Positions 1 to 12,264 of a DNA stretch of 64,000 nt are shown here, one piece after another. Numbering within the stretch: position 1 is the first letter of the stretch; each line of letters begins with the position of its first letter. A program made the translations under genes and the position numbers. This DNA comes from Histomonas meleagridis 2922-C6/04-290x. Lineage: Eukaryota > Protista > Parabasalia. The stretch is taken from NCBI GenBank assembly GCA_020184695.1, contig JAANOX010000099.1:124001-188000 (forward strand). The letters run 5' to 3'. The notes below the pieces were generated by a model that was not told where the DNA came from, ran no database searches, and was given only the letters and a program-made list of their open reading frames with translations.

Positions 1-1
1 T

Positions 2-1957
2 GAATTCATTGCACGTTTTTGTAAATCGAAATTAAATGGAAGTCAAATTACTTCTTTTTTAGCATCAATTATTTTATTAAATGTTAATCGGAAAAATGAA
101 TTTATAAATTCAGTTAAAGAAAATCTTCAAAAATTTGAAAGTTATGAAGCTTCAAATTATTTTAGTATATTATTATATATATCAAAGAATGAAGAAATTG
201 ATATAAAATATTTTTATAATTTTTTAGAAACACAAAAATCATTTTATAAAAACTCATTTATAGAACAATTAATAAATTCATTAAATTCCGAATTATCGAA
301 TATTTTTATAAATAATTCTTCATTTTGGATAAATAATTTTTTGTTTTCCACGAATGCTAATGTTCGAGAAAATACTGTTTCATTATTTAAAATAGTTTTT
401 AAGGATTCAAAAGAATTACAAATAAAATTAATTGATATTTTATTAAAGAATTTGAAAACATTACAGAAAATTGTACAACAAAAAGAATTATATTGTGCAA
501 ATTCATCAATACATAAAAAGAAATTAACGCCAACAGATTCATATTGTTCATTATTAGAATTTTTAGTAAATGAATCATCGTCACAAGAAATATTAATAAA
601 TAATTCCATCATTTTAATAAATACAATGATAACAGTATCAAAAGGAAATATTTTCGGTGCTGAAAACTTCGAATATTTCATTAAATTGTTTAATAACACA
701 TTAACTAATAAATTTTCAAATGAATTTTTCACAAAACAAAAACAAATCGAAGATCTTTTGTCATTATTAGATAAATATATTCCAAGTCCATTCGTTCGAA
801 ATATGAATCTTTTACTTAGTTTTTATCCAACTAAATTCGCAAGCGCATTCTTTAACTCGAAAATATTCGAACGCGCACTTTATTATTGTTTAAGTAATGG
901 CTCTGTTATTAAATTCATTTTAAGTCTTGAAAATCTATCGAAAAAAGACATAAATATTATCATAGCAAAAGTTTGGGACAAAATTAAAATGCATAGGAAT
1001 AGTACAAACACAAAATTATTTAATGAAATTTTAGAGGGTTTATTTAAACGATATTTCGAAGCGACTGAAGAATTTTATAATAAAGAAATTTATTTGAAAA
1101 TTATTAATTTAATTGATAAGTCTCCAAATTCAAAAGATTTGTCTTATCTAATATCATTATTATCATGTTTTATTAGTTACTTTATTAAAGAAAAAGAAAA
1201 CCAAAAATATCATCAAAAATTTGTCGAAATTTTACATCAACAAAAATTACAATTTAACAGAATTATCAAAAAGTTATTTGACCAAAATACAACACAAATT
1301 TTGTTTGAGGCCGTTTGTAATTTCATAACTGTACTTTTTACAATCGATTCAGTTTTTCAGAAGCAGGTCATTGAAATTTCAAAGGACAAATTCATTGAAA
1401 AAATTAATGTTAATAATCAATTATCAGGTGTTGCTTTTATTAATGATATTTCTTTCTTATTACATCAAAAGAATAAAACCGAAGATGCATTTAGTATATT
1501 ATTAGAATCGATTTCATCATTAAAGAAACCAATTTTCGAAGCACTCGATTATTTAAGTGTACAACTTGGAATGATTATAACAAATGATAATTGTGATGAA
1601 GTTGATGAAGTATTTCGAAATGTTTATGAGAATAATACTTCGATTCTTTTCTTTACTTTTGGTGTTCAACGATTAATTTTAATGTTTTCGGATGATTCGA
1701 TTAAATTTTGGGCGAAAAAATGTGAAAAAGAAATAAAAAATAATATTAAAAAGCCTTATAAACAAAGAAATATTAATCCAATTAAGAACTCATTGGAATT
1801 CTTGTTAAAGGTTAAAAAAACAAAGAATTTAAATGTTAACGTTAAAAAGAATGAATTCGACGATTTCGTAAAATATTGCGATAAAAGTGGAGAAATATCA
1901 GCAAAGGATTTGGTGAACCTTGTAAATATATTGTGTGATGAGGAAAATGAGAAATAA
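2..1957 (+). CDS. Hypothetical helical-repeat-like protein, 5'-partial
   Basis: The frame is open from position 2 to TAA at 1955-1957. The ORF track starts at an internal TTG (341). Leu/Ile/Phe/Lys-rich, no family recognised. Confidence 0.7.
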   Translation, partial: EFIARFCKSKLNGSQITSFLASIILLNVNRKNEFINSVKENLQKFESYEASNYFSILLYISKNEEIDIKYFYNFLETQKSFYKNSFIEQLINSLNSELSNIFINNSSFWINNFLFSTNANVRENTVSLFKIVFKDSKELQIKLIDILLKNLKTLQKIVQQKELYCANSSIHKKKLTPTDSYCSLLEFLVNESSSQEILINNSIILINTMITVSKGNIFGAENFEYFIKLFNNTLTNKFSNEFFTKQKQIEDLLSLLDKYIPSPFVRNMNLLLSFYPTKFASAFFNSKIFERALYYCLSNGSVIKFILSLENLSKKDINIIIAKVWDKIKMHRNSTNTKLFNEILEGLFKRYFEATEEFYNKEIYLKIINLIDKSPNSKDLSYLISLLSCFISYFIKEKENQKYHQKFVEILHQQKLQFNRIIKKLFDQNTTQILFEAVCNFITVLFTIDSVFQKQVIEISKDKFIEKINVNNQLSGVAFINDISFLLHQKNKTEDAFSILLESISSLKKPIFEALDYLSVQLGMIITNDNCDEVDEVFRNVYENNTSILFFTFGVQRLILMFSDDSIKFWAKKCEKEIKNNIKKPYKQRNINPIKNSLEFLLKVKKTKNLNVNVKKNEFDDFVKYCDKSGEISAKDLVNLVNILCDEENEK

Positions 1958-2486
1958 TTTATTTCGATTAGTAAAAATTGTTATAAAAATATTTTAAATT
2001 ATTCATTCGGTTTCAACAAAATTTTAGATAAATCATAAATTTTTATATAGTTTGTTAGTAAATAGAAATTTTAACATATATTCAGTCCCAAAAATATGAA
2101 TTAATTAAAATATGTAAAGAAAATAGAGAAAAAAGATTTTTTTCATGACAACGTTCTCCTTAGTGAAGTGAGTGAAAATAGGAATATTGCGAAAATTACA
2201 AAATTAAATCGAAAAAATTTTTATTAAATATTTAACCAAATATGTTCTTTATTTATAATGCTACAGTGTGGATGTAGGTTTATATTAAGGTGTTGGTCTA
2301 CAGGTTTTTCATTGCGTCTATGTTTTAAATTTTATGTTTATTGAGATAATTCTACAAATTATAAAAAAGATTATTAGCGTAAATTATGTGAAAATGAAAA
2401 CTATATATTTATTATTTTACAAGAAAAAATATAAATACTCGCAAATAAGGATATGTTAATTAATATTTAAAAAAACATTTATTTTA

Positions 2487-4013
2487 TCATGCTCCCCAAC
2501 CTTCAGTATCATCATCTTCCAGGTCATCGGGAAATTCAATTTCGAAAGACTCATTCTCTAAATCATTTTCGTTTTGTTTCAATGTTGATGATTCTGTTTT
2601 TGTTTTATCTAATGTATTAGAAGGAAAGCCATCAGATTGGAATTCTAAAGAAAGTTCTTCATCATTATCTTTATAATCTTGCATTCCAGCAAATAATGTT
2701 GTATTAATTTCGGATGGTGCATTACTTTGATCATTGATTTCTTCTTGTTCTTGCATTGACTCTTCTTCAAGTTGTGGTTTGAAGTGAGCAATTGTTTCAC
2801 TAGCTTCTTCTTCAGAAGATGAATCTTCATACACAAAATGTCGAACATTCATTTGGTCAATGTATTCGTTCTTTCTTTGAATAGGTTGATTGTGAATTTC
2901 TTGCTTCAAATTGCTTTTAATATCGATGTTTGCGTTTGAATTAAATTGTCTTGTGTCTACAATATGATTTTGTGGATCTATAATTTCATTACTTTTTTGT
3001 TGATCTATTACAATTTCTTGTTTTTGTGTATTTTCACTTTCTTGTTTGTTTATTTTACTTAAAAGATTTTCATCCACGCTTTTGTCTGTTTGATTTTGTA
3101 TGTTTTCTATTTTTGTTTGATTTTGTATATTTTCTTGTTTTGTATTGCTTGATTGGAATTTGGTTTCATTTGTTTGTTTATTTAGTTTATATTCTATGTT
3201 TTCTTTTAATTGTTTATTTGTTATGCTTTGTATGCTTTCTTGTTCTTGGATATTCGATTTCAATTGTACTTCATTTGTCTGTTTATTTAATAGATATTCT
3301 ATATTTTCTTTTGATTGTCTGTTTGTTTGATAATTCATATTTTCTTTTTGATAACTTGATGAACTTTTACTAGAAATCAAATCAGAAAATTTTGTAACTG
3401 ACGTTTTATCAGTATCCGAATCTATTGTTTCATATGATTGAAAATGCTTTGGAACAGAGATTTCCAAAGTAGCCGAAATTCGTTTTGAATCATTTTTGTT
3501 TGTTTGTTGATATTTTTCTTCATTTAAAGAAGAAAAACTTAAACGCCTCTTTAAAGGTTGATCATTTACAGGTTCTGGAAGTTGTATTTTAATAGGCTTA
3601 AATGGAAGTGGAGTTGACGCGTTGTTAAAAGACAATTTATTATTAAATTCATGGAAATAACAATTTTTTAAAACTCTATCTGTTTTCCCCAGCAATTGAT
3701 CTCCTTCTTGTTCTAGTTCATGAAGTCTCTTTTTGGTATTATTTTTTTGCATTGGAAATGCTGGAATTTGAAAACTGTACTTTTTGTTCTGGTTGGATCT
3801 TTGAATTCTTGCTTCAAGTTCAGAAATTTGATTGGAAAGTTTCGCAAAAATTTCAACATATTTATTTTTTTCCATTTCAATTGATTTATGAAGATCTTGA
3901 TTTTGCTTTTTAATCATTTCTAAATTATATGAATATTTTCTGTGTTGATTAATAATCTTTGTTTTTAAATTTCTATTTTTATGCCTCAATTTTTTGATTT
4001 CATTTTCTTCCAT
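2487..4013 (-). CDS. Hypothetical 508-aa protein with N-terminal coiled coil and Q/N/E-rich low-complexity region
   Basis: Long ATG-initiated ORF with a heptad-like N-terminus, internal near-repeats (ENIEYxLNKQTNE, ENIQNQT) and an acidic tail. Confidence 0.7.
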   Translation of the reverse strand: MEENEIKKLRHKNRNLKTKIINQHRKYSYNLEMIKKQNQDLHKSIEMEKNKYVEIFAKLSNQISELEARIQRSNQNKKYSFQIPAFPMQKNNTKKRLHELEQEGDQLLGKTDRVLKNCYFHEFNNKLSFNNASTPLPFKPIKIQLPEPVNDQPLKRRLSFSSLNEEKYQQTNKNDSKRISATLEISVPKHFQSYETIDSDTDKTSVTKFSDLISSKSSSSYQKENMNYQTNRQSKENIEYLLNKQTNEVQLKSNIQEQESIQSITNKQLKENIEYKLNKQTNETKFQSSNTKQENIQNQTKIENIQNQTDKSVDENLLSKINKQESENTQKQEIVIDQQKSNEIIDPQNHIVDTRQFNSNANIDIKSNLKQEIHNQPIQRKNEYIDQMNVRHFVYEDSSSEEEASETIAHFKPQLEEESMQEQEEINDQSNAPSEINTTLFAGMQDYKDNDEELSLEFQSDGFPSNTLDKTKTESSTLKQNENDLENESFEIEFPDDLEDDDTEGWGA

Positions 4014-4373
4014 TTGTTCTTAACGTACAAAATATTTTGCTCAAAACGATTTCTTTACCTTTCCGCATTTCTCATATATTCCAATACAAAGTCAAATGCT
4101 TCAAAAATGTTTAACCACACTCACATAGATGTCCATATTTCAAATTAGAAATTGTGAAATATGATTTTGTTCAATATACTTTGAAACTAGCTTCACAAGA
4201 AGCACGACGTTTATTCACTAAATGATTTACGACTAGAATATTTTTTTATGTCCTACAAAGAAGAATAATTTACGATCATAAAAGGTTGCTATCATTCCTC
4301 TATTCATTTTGAATTGAAAGTGGTCGATTGCCATTGAAAATTGTAAATGGCCATTTACAACTGTTCACATTTT

Positions 4374-5072
4374 ATGTTCAAGGCCAAAAAACCTCAAAAG
4401 CAACAAAAAACAAATGATAATCAGCAGTTAAAGAGCTATGCCGCTAGCTTTTGCACCGCTGTTGTTTCAGGGGTAGCAGGTGAAACATACATGTTGATTC
4501 AAAGTAGGAAGCTCAATACTCAAAATTTACTTGCACCAGCTTATCGCGATGCTTGTGTTATATCTGGTGTACAACAAGTTGCGAAAGACTTTAGCAAAAA
4601 TACACTTAAAAAATCACCTTACTTATACAATTTATCTGTCAAAAACCCATTTATTTTTGGCGCAATGACAGGTCTCCCAATGTGGGCTTTAACACGTTTG
4701 GTTGCAACCCCACTCCAAAACTCAAGGAAAACTGATGTTAAGCAACCATTTGATGGCCTCTTTAAATCAATCATAAACGATGTTGGATATCACACAGTTA
4801 AGAATGGAATTGATGAATACTTTGCAGCCAAAGTCTTTCCAAAGGTACTTCCACAGCTTCCTAACTTTGCAACCCAAAAACTTGTCGAAGCATCTCTTGC
4901 TGGACTTGTTGGAGGCGCATCATATGTCATTTCCTGGCCATACAAAGGCGTTTTAACAGGTCAAAACATCTCTGAAGCCGCCAAATTAATGTTAAAGAAT
5001 ACTCCAAAGGTTGCAGTCAAGAAACTTACATATACACTTGTGAGACCACAATTTGCAAATCTCATTAAATAA
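4374..5072 (+). CDS. Putative divergent mitochondrial-carrier-like (hydrogenosomal) membrane protein
   Basis: Inr-like TCACATTTT lies directly before ATG 4374. Three Gly/Ala-rich helical segments, including ATPLQNSRK (PxxxxK-like) followed by GLFKS. The family call is by pattern only. Confidence 0.4.
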   Translation: MFKAKKPQKQQKTNDNQQLKSYAASFCTAVVSGVAGETYMLIQSRKLNTQNLLAPAYRDACVISGVQQVAKDFSKNTLKKSPYLYNLSVKNPFIFGAMTGLPMWALTRLVATPLQNSRKTDVKQPFDGLFKSIINDVGYHTVKNGIDEYFAAKVFPKVLPQLPNFATQKLVEASLAGLVGGASYVISWPYKGVLTGQNISEAAKLMLKNTPKVAVKKLTYTLVRPQFANLIK

Positions 5073-7081
5073 ATAACTTCAATAATTTAAATTTGTTATA
5101 AAGATGAAATCTTATGAATATTAATATTGAACGAATTTATTGAAAAATTCTCTCAATCGAATATTGTATGAAAATGTTTTTAATTAATTTTTAAGCATAA
5201 ATTTTTTTATTTATGTTTTTTGATATCACACAACAACCCCAAAATCGATTCAATAATTGAGAATAGAAGATTCATAATTCAATACTTTCAGATGGGACAC
5301 ATCACCTCACATTCCTACCTCCTTTGTGCTGAAAATATTTTCATCTCATTTTTTTGAAGAATGATGATTCTTTTACTTGGCTTGATAAGCTGTAATGATT
5401 TCGTATATCGAATCATTGATAAAGATAAAAAAACTGCAACAATATTAAAAGCGCCAGATAAAATTTTAAACTTATCACCTGATAAATTTTGTAAAATTAA
5501 TGGAATTAATTATACTATTATTGGTATTGAAGATGAAGCTTTTAAAAATTGCAAAGATCTTAGAACAGTCAGAATTTCAGATACCATTAAAACAATAGGG
5601 AAAAAAGCTTTTTATAATTGTACTTCTTTAATAGATGTTGATTTAGGTGATGTTAAATTTATTGATGAAAATGCTTTTCAAGGTTGTACTTCAATTTATA
5701 ATGTATTATTTGGAGGTTTATATGATATTCAAGGATGTCATAATTTATTCGATAAAAACATCACAATATTTGTTGATAGGAATTATCAAGACAAAACATT
5801 CTGTGGTTATAATGTTGATAAATCTTTAGAATTATTCATTTATGCAGGTCCCGCTGTAATATATAAATGGTTTAATGAAAATAAGAAAGAAATTTCATTA
5901 TATAGATCACTTGAAAAAAAGGTGTTTATACAATTCCAACAGAATTAGTTACAAAAGAAACTTATAAAATAGTCGGAATTTATGATGGTGCATTTCGTAA
6001 TAGCAATGATTTAACTGAAGTTATCATTCCTGATGGTATTAAATATATTGGTGAAGAAGCTTTCATTAATTGTGCTTCTTTACAAAAAGTAACAATTTCA
6101 TGTGATGTTAAATATATCGGTGAAAATGCTTTCAAAGGTTGTTCTTCTCTTAATGAAATAATATTTGAAGGTTTATATGATATTCAATCATTGAATGTAT
6201 TCGATCATTCATTAACAATATTTGTTGATAGGAATTATCAAGATAAAAACATTCTGTGGTTATAATGTTGATAAATCTTTAGAATTATTCATTTATGCAG
6301 GTCCAACTGAAATATATAAATGGTATAACAAAGATAAGAAATATGTTTCTTTCTATAGAATACTCTCTAAAGGAATTTATACTGTTTCTACTACTGTTTC
6401 AACACATCCTGATTATTCTGTCATCAAAATTTATGATAATGCATTCGAAGATCGTAAAGATTTAACTGAAGTTATCATTCCTGATGGTATTAAATATATT
6501 GGTGAAGAAGCTTTCATTAATTGTGCTTCTTTACAAAAAGTAACAATTTCTTCTTCTGTCGAATTTATTGATATTAATGCTTTTAAGGATTGTTCTTCTT
6601 TAAGTTATGTATATTTCAATGGGAATAATGAAATTAATTATAATGATCCTGTTTTCCCTTCATTTACAAAAATTTATGTTTCTGAAAATTATAAAGATGA
6701 TACATTTTGTGGAATGAATGTAATTAAAATACAATCAACTTCAATATCAACATCAACATCAAATGATAATAATAACTTTAACAATAATAATAATAATAAT
6801 AATAATTTAGAAATTCAAATAGGTAATAATATTAAAGATGAAACATCGAATGTTCAAAAAGAAGGAAAGAAATTAAATATGATATTAATTGGATGTGTTG
6901 TCGGAATTGCTATAATTGCAATTATTGTTGGTATTACAATATTTATTAAAACAAAATTACATAAAGAAGAAGAAATTGATGAAGAACCAATGCTTGGTAA
7001 AGATTGTAAATATACTGAAATATTGGATACTGATCCTTAAATAATAATAATAAACATTTTAATTCAATAATTTTTATTTTG
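4951..7081 (+). repeat. Left arm of ~2.13-kb inverted duplication
   Basis: Reverse complement of 8918-11048. Ends were mapped by eye: TTTTAACAGG at 4951 and ...TTTTTATTTTG at 7081. Confidence 0.95.
5361..7040 (+). CDS. BspA-like (LRR_5) type I surface protein, copy 1, with two compensating 1-nt indels in A-runs (~5930, ~6245)
   Basis: Signal peptide MMILLLGLISC, repeats such as IPDGIKYIGEEAFINCASLQKVTI, an S/T/N-rich linker, TM LIGCVVGIAIIAIIVGITIFI, and a tail with YTEI. ORFs 5361-5948 and 6222-7040 are bridged by a third frame. Confidence 0.9.
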
Positions 7082-8917
7082 TTTTTGTTAGAATTATATA
7101 ACACAATCTACTAAAACACGCCAATGAATAAACTCAGATCATGAATGATAAAAGTAATTCTCCAATAAAATTTCAGAATTATTAATAATCTACCAATCAT
7201 TGATTTATCATCATAATCAAGTAGAAGCAAATAATCAAACCTTTAAAACATATTTTTCGTTGGGTTTTAAAAGAGTCTAAAAATGTTACTCATGATTATA
7301 TAAACTTTATATAGATAACATATATAAATAAAAAATTCTTAAAATCGTCAACAAAGAGGGAAATGTTCAAACACCCAATGTTTATCACTTTTTATAGTTT
7401 TGCTGAAGCACAACACAATTTTGAAAGCGAGATACCACATTTCTGATTAAAAAATGTTATATATTAGGCACCTGTCCAAAAGGTCTTTTAGCGGTGATAA
7501 CATTAGTATGATTGTGGGCATAAAAATTAGAGGTAATAATGTCAGTAGCTACTTGAATAATTATTTAGGCTCCAGATCAAAGTTACAAATAAAAACTTTG
7601 CAAATATAAAAAAATTCTTTACAATTAATATATATATATAAATACGAATTAGTATAAATATATAATGTATATTCGAGAGATTTAAAGAAATTAAAGGTAA
7701 CCTGAATTTAGATTTTTGCCCAAATTTTAACTTTTTATTAAAGTGCATTCTTTCATTAATTTTTTGATTTTTTAATTCATTTCTCACTTGTTGTCAAGAA
7801 TAAATACGTGCTTGTTCACTTAGAGCAAAAAACCATCTATTTTATTTGGTCCTTAAGTCGATGTTACAAAAATTTCAAAATAGATTTGAAGTAGAAAATT
7901 GTAAGTTACCATGTTACAATAGAATTGAACACTTTTATGTATCATATGTAATATAAAAGAATCGATACCAAGCAAATCTGAAATAGTAATGTTTCATCAA
8001 GAAATGTGAATAAATAATTTTTTGCGAACCAAGAGGAAATGTTCATATTGATAGCTGCATGTGCAAGAAATTAAATAAATCGATATGATAATTTACTCAA
8101 AATCCCAAAAGTCACAGAAGTTGAAGTTAAATGTTTGCTCATCGCTTGAGCCAAAAAGGAAAGGGTTGATGTTAAATTCGTCAAAATTACTTAAACAAAT
8201 TTCGTTCGAGTTCGAAATAGCCTCTGAATTATCAAGAGGTTGTTCAACATTTCCTCTAATTATTTTGGAGATTTGATCTAGTTCATTCAAAGTGCCTTCT
8301 TGAAAGAGGAATGGAAGTTACCATGCCATTAGGTACACTAATGATTATAACTTTTATTCTTTTTGAGTTTGGACTTCTTCTTCCCATTATATGATAATGA
8401 ATTCATCTACACGCTTATGTCACAACAAATTCTAATGTCACTTTTATCTCAAAAATGGCGTAAACCTTTAAAATAACCGATAAGCGTGTAGCAGCCTTAA
8501 AAAGGTGCATATATAAAAAGTTAATGTAGATTAAAGCTTAGCATCTTATTTGCTAGATTTAATAACCTATGTGCAAGACTCTAAAAATATATTGAATTAC
8601 ATGATGTATTTTAAAATTATATTGATTTAAATGTATCTTAATTTTTCATTTTTTTATCCATAGTATTACCTAAATGTATTGGTAACTTTTATTGTTATAT
8701 CTTACCTTCCGAAATTAAATCCTGTTTACTTTTTATCAAAAACAAATGACAAAATCACTAAATCACTTAATAAAATATATTTATAAATATATTTTCTTAT
8801 AAGTATCATTCAAATAATCAATTTAAAAAATGTTCACCCAAGTAAAGGCACATTATTTGTTTAATTTTTATTTTAATTGAATCATTTTTCACGTTTAAAA
8901 TTTTTGATGAAAAATAG

Positions 8918-11048
8918 CAAAATAAAAATTATTGAATTAAAATGTTTATTATTATTATTTAAGGATCAGTATCCAATATTTCAGTATATTTACAATCTTT
9001 ACCAAGCATTGGTTCTTCATCAATTTCTTCTTCTTTATGTAATTTTGTTTTAATAAATATTGTAATACCAACAATAATTGCAATTATAGCAATTCCGACA
9101 ACACATCCAATTAATATCATATTTAATTTCTTTCCTTCTTTTTTTGAACATTCGATGTTTCATCTTTAATATTATTACCTATTTGAATTTCTAAATTATT
9201 ATTATTATTATTATTATTGTTAAAGTTATTATTATCATTTGATGTTGATGTTGATATTGAAGTTGATTGTATTTTAATTACATTCATTCCACAAAATGTA
9301 TCATCTTTATAATTTTCAGAAACATAAATTTTTGTAAATGAAGGGAAAACAGGATCATTATAATTAATTTCATTATTCCCATTGAAATATACATAACTTA
9401 AAGAAGAACAATCCTTAAAAGCATTAATATCAATAAATTCGACAGAAGAAGAAATTGTTACTTTTTTTTTTTAATCACAATTAATGAAAGCTTCTTCACC
9501 AATATATTTAATACCATCAGGAATGATAACTTCAGTTAAATCTTTACGATCTTCGAATGCATTATCATAAATTTTGATGACAGAATAATCAGGATGTGTT
9601 GAAACAGTAGTAGAAACAGTATAAATTCCTTTAGCGAGTGTTCTATATAAAGAAACATATTTCTTATCTTTGTTATACCATTTATAAATTTCAGTTGGAC
9701 CTGCATAAATGAATAATTCTAAAGATTTATCAACATTATAACCACAGAATGTTTTATCTTGATAATTCCTATCAACAAATATTGTTAATGAATGATCGAA
9801 TACATTCAATGATTGAATATCATATAAACCTTCAAATATTATTTCATTAAGAGAAGAACAACCTTTGAAAGCATTTTCACCGATATATTTAACATCACAT
9901 GAAATTGTTACTTTTTGTAAAGAAGCACAATTAATGAAAGCTTCTTCACCAATATATTTAATACCATCAGGAATGATAACTTCAGTTAAATCATTGCTAT
10001 TACGAAATGCACCATCATAAATTCCGACTATTTTTATAAGTTTCTTTTGTAACTAATTCTGTTGGAATTGTATAAACACCCTTTTTCAAGTGTTCTATAT
10101 AATGAAATATATTTCTTATTTTTCATTAAACCATTTATATATTACAGCGGGACCTGCATAAATGAATAATTCTAAAGATTTATCAACATTATAACCACAG
10201 AATGTTTTGTCTTGATAATTCCTATCAACAAATATTGTGATGTTTTTATCGAATAAATTATGACATCCTTGAATATCATATAAACCTCCAAATAATACAT
10301 TATAAATTGAAGTACAACCTTGAAAAGCATTTTCATCAATAAATTTAACATCACCTAAATCAACATCTATTAAAGAAGTACAATTATAAAAAGCTTTTTT
10401 CCCTATTGTTTTAATGGTATCTGAAATTCTGACTGTTCTAAGATCTTTGCAATTTTTAAAAGCTTCATCTTCAATACCAATAATAGTATAATTAATTCCA
10501 TTAATTTTACAAAATTTATCAGGTGATAAGTTTAAAATTTTATCTGGCGCTTTTAATATTGTTGCAGTTTTTTTATCTTTATCAATGATTCGATATACGA
10601 AATCATTACAGCTTATCAAGCCAAGTAAAAGAATCATCATTCTTCAAAAATGAGATGAAAATATTTTCAGCACAAAGGAGGTAGGAATGTGAGGTGATGT
10701 GTCCCATCTGAAAGTATTGAATTATGAATCTTCTATTCTCAATTATTGAATCGATTTTGGGGTTGTTGTGTGATATCAAAAAACATAAATAAAAAAATTT
10801 ATGCTTAAAAATTAATTAAAAACATTTTCATACAATATTCGATTGAGAGAATTTTTCAATAAATTCGTTCAATATTAATATTCATAAGATTTCATCTTTA
10901 TAACAAATTTAAATTATTGAAGTTATTTATTTAATGAGATTTGCAAATTGTGGTCTCACAAGTGTATATGTAAGTTTCTTGACTGCAACCTTTGGAGTAT
11001 TCTTTAACATTAATTTGGCGGCTTCAGAGATGTTTTGACCTGTTAAAA
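8918..11048 (-). repeat. Right arm of ~2.13-kb inverted duplication
   Basis: Near-identical reverse complement of 4951-7081. It includes the last ~120 nt of the upstream 4374-5072 gene. Confidence 0.95.
8959..10640 (-). CDS. BspA-like surface protein, copy 2, broken at different sites (indels ~10120 and ~10080, stop in an A-rich patch ~9471)
   Basis: The first 173 aa are identical to copy 1. ORFs 10116-10640 and 9471-9809 plus the downstream TM and tail match copy 1. Confidence 0.85.
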
Positions 11049-11100
11049 ATTAATCATAATCATCATCCAGAAAAATACGTAATAATCCAAAAATTTATAT

Positions 11101-12177
11101 TTATTTCATTAAAGAATTAAACAATGCATCTGCATAAGATGGAATTGGTTGTATGACACTTGTCATAAAGTTTTGTAACTCGGGAATTATATCATAATGG
11201 ATTTGCCGACTTCTTAACAACTGCTTCTTTGGCTTTGTTGCAACAACTTTAGTTTCCTTCTTTTGAATTCCAACAACATCAGAAAGAAGCCGTTTATACC
11301 AATTCGAATCGTTATAAACATCATTCACAACTTCAGGCTGCGTCTCAAAGCCAAAGATCTTGTCGCCCCGCTCTCTATGTCTTGTTGGCTGTATAAGAAT
11401 CTCCTTATCACTAAGGGCAGCTGAAATCTGTTGATCAATTGGTCGATTGATAACAACTCCTTTCTTCATTCCAGATGAAAGTCTTATACGCTGAGACCAG
11501 TGGGATATGTTTTCAATCATCCGTTTCGCAGCTTCGGACTCTTCCCATTCATATGTATTTTCAATTTCCAATTTAAGATGATGAAGTTTCTCTTGAAGAG
11601 CAATGGCAGACTGACTGATTTCAGCAAGCATGGAAGCAACTTCTTGATCTTCTGTAGCAGCTTGAAAAGGAGTAATATCTGATTCTTCGGTATGTACGTT
11701 CGATGGCAATAAATTAACAGCTGAAAGTGCACCTTGCATTTTTAGCCTTAGTAAGAGTAAAGCAGAATATTGATTTTGAAGAGCAGAAGTACCTCGAGCA
11801 ACTTTGAGATCTGCTTCTTGTTGTTTTTTTAAGGAATCAAGAAGGCCAGCTCCTTCATCTTTTTCAAGAAGTTCAAGTTCGGCTTCAAGGTTTCTAGAAC
11901 CATCTGGTTCAGGGATGTACATATCACTTTCAGAATAAGTATCATCAATATCTTCATTAGATTCATCACTCTCTGGCTCTGATGCTTCTATTTCTTTTCT
12001 TGATACTTTTTGTCCTTCATAAATTCCTTCTGTTGGAATTGCATCTGTTCTTAATCTTGATGGATTAAATTCAATTTCTTGATCAATGTACTCTTCACTT
12101 TCAGACGTTGATTCTTCTTCGTCATTTTCATTTAATATCTGTTTGTTTATTTCATCTGCCCTAAATTTTCTTCTCAT
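11101..12177 (-). CDS. BFR2: BFR2/AATF-like ribosome biogenesis protein
   Basis: Acidic N-terminus, QNQYSALLLLRLKMQGALSAVNLLP (AATF-like), VYNDSNWYKRLL, and C-terminal RQIHYDIIPELQNFM (TRAUB-like). Confidence 0.75.
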   Translation of the reverse strand: MRRKFRADEINKQILNENDEEESTSESEEYIDQEIEFNPSRLRTDAIPTEGIYEGQKVSRKEIEASEPESDESNEDIDDTYSESDMYIPEPDGSRNLEAELELLEKDEGAGLLDSLKKQQEADLKVARGTSALQNQYSALLLLRLKMQGALSAVNLLPSNVHTEESDITPFQAATEDQEVASMLAEISQSAIALQEKLHHLKLEIENTYEWEESEAAKRMIENISHWSQRIRLSSGMKKGVVINRPIDQQISAALSDKEILIQPTRHRERGDKIFGFETQPEVVNDVYNDSNWYKRLLSDVVGIQKKETKVVATKPKKQLLRSRQIHYDIIPELQNFMTSVIQPIPSYADALFNSLMK

Positions 12178-12240
12178 TAAGTTTAAACGACCAAATCAAA
12201 TCGACCCCAGATAAACGTTCTCCTGAATTGAATGCTTTCT

Positions 12241-12260
12241 GACGGTTATGGTCGGCCTTT
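12241..12260 (+). promoter_or_regulatory. M3-like (GACGGTTA) plus M5 (CCTTT) core promoter of RPS3A
   Basis: GACGGTTA at 12241-12248 and CCTTT at 12256-12260, 4 nt before ATG. This matches the M3/M5 pair known from T. vaginalis ribosomal-protein genes. Confidence 0.7.
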
Positions 12261-12264
12261 TGAG

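Noticed and set aside
8093-8390. Protein-coding gene in the spacer between the inverted arms
   Set aside because: The 65-aa ORF has only a TTG start and three in-frame TAAs upstream. At best a pseudogene fragment, with no family recognised.
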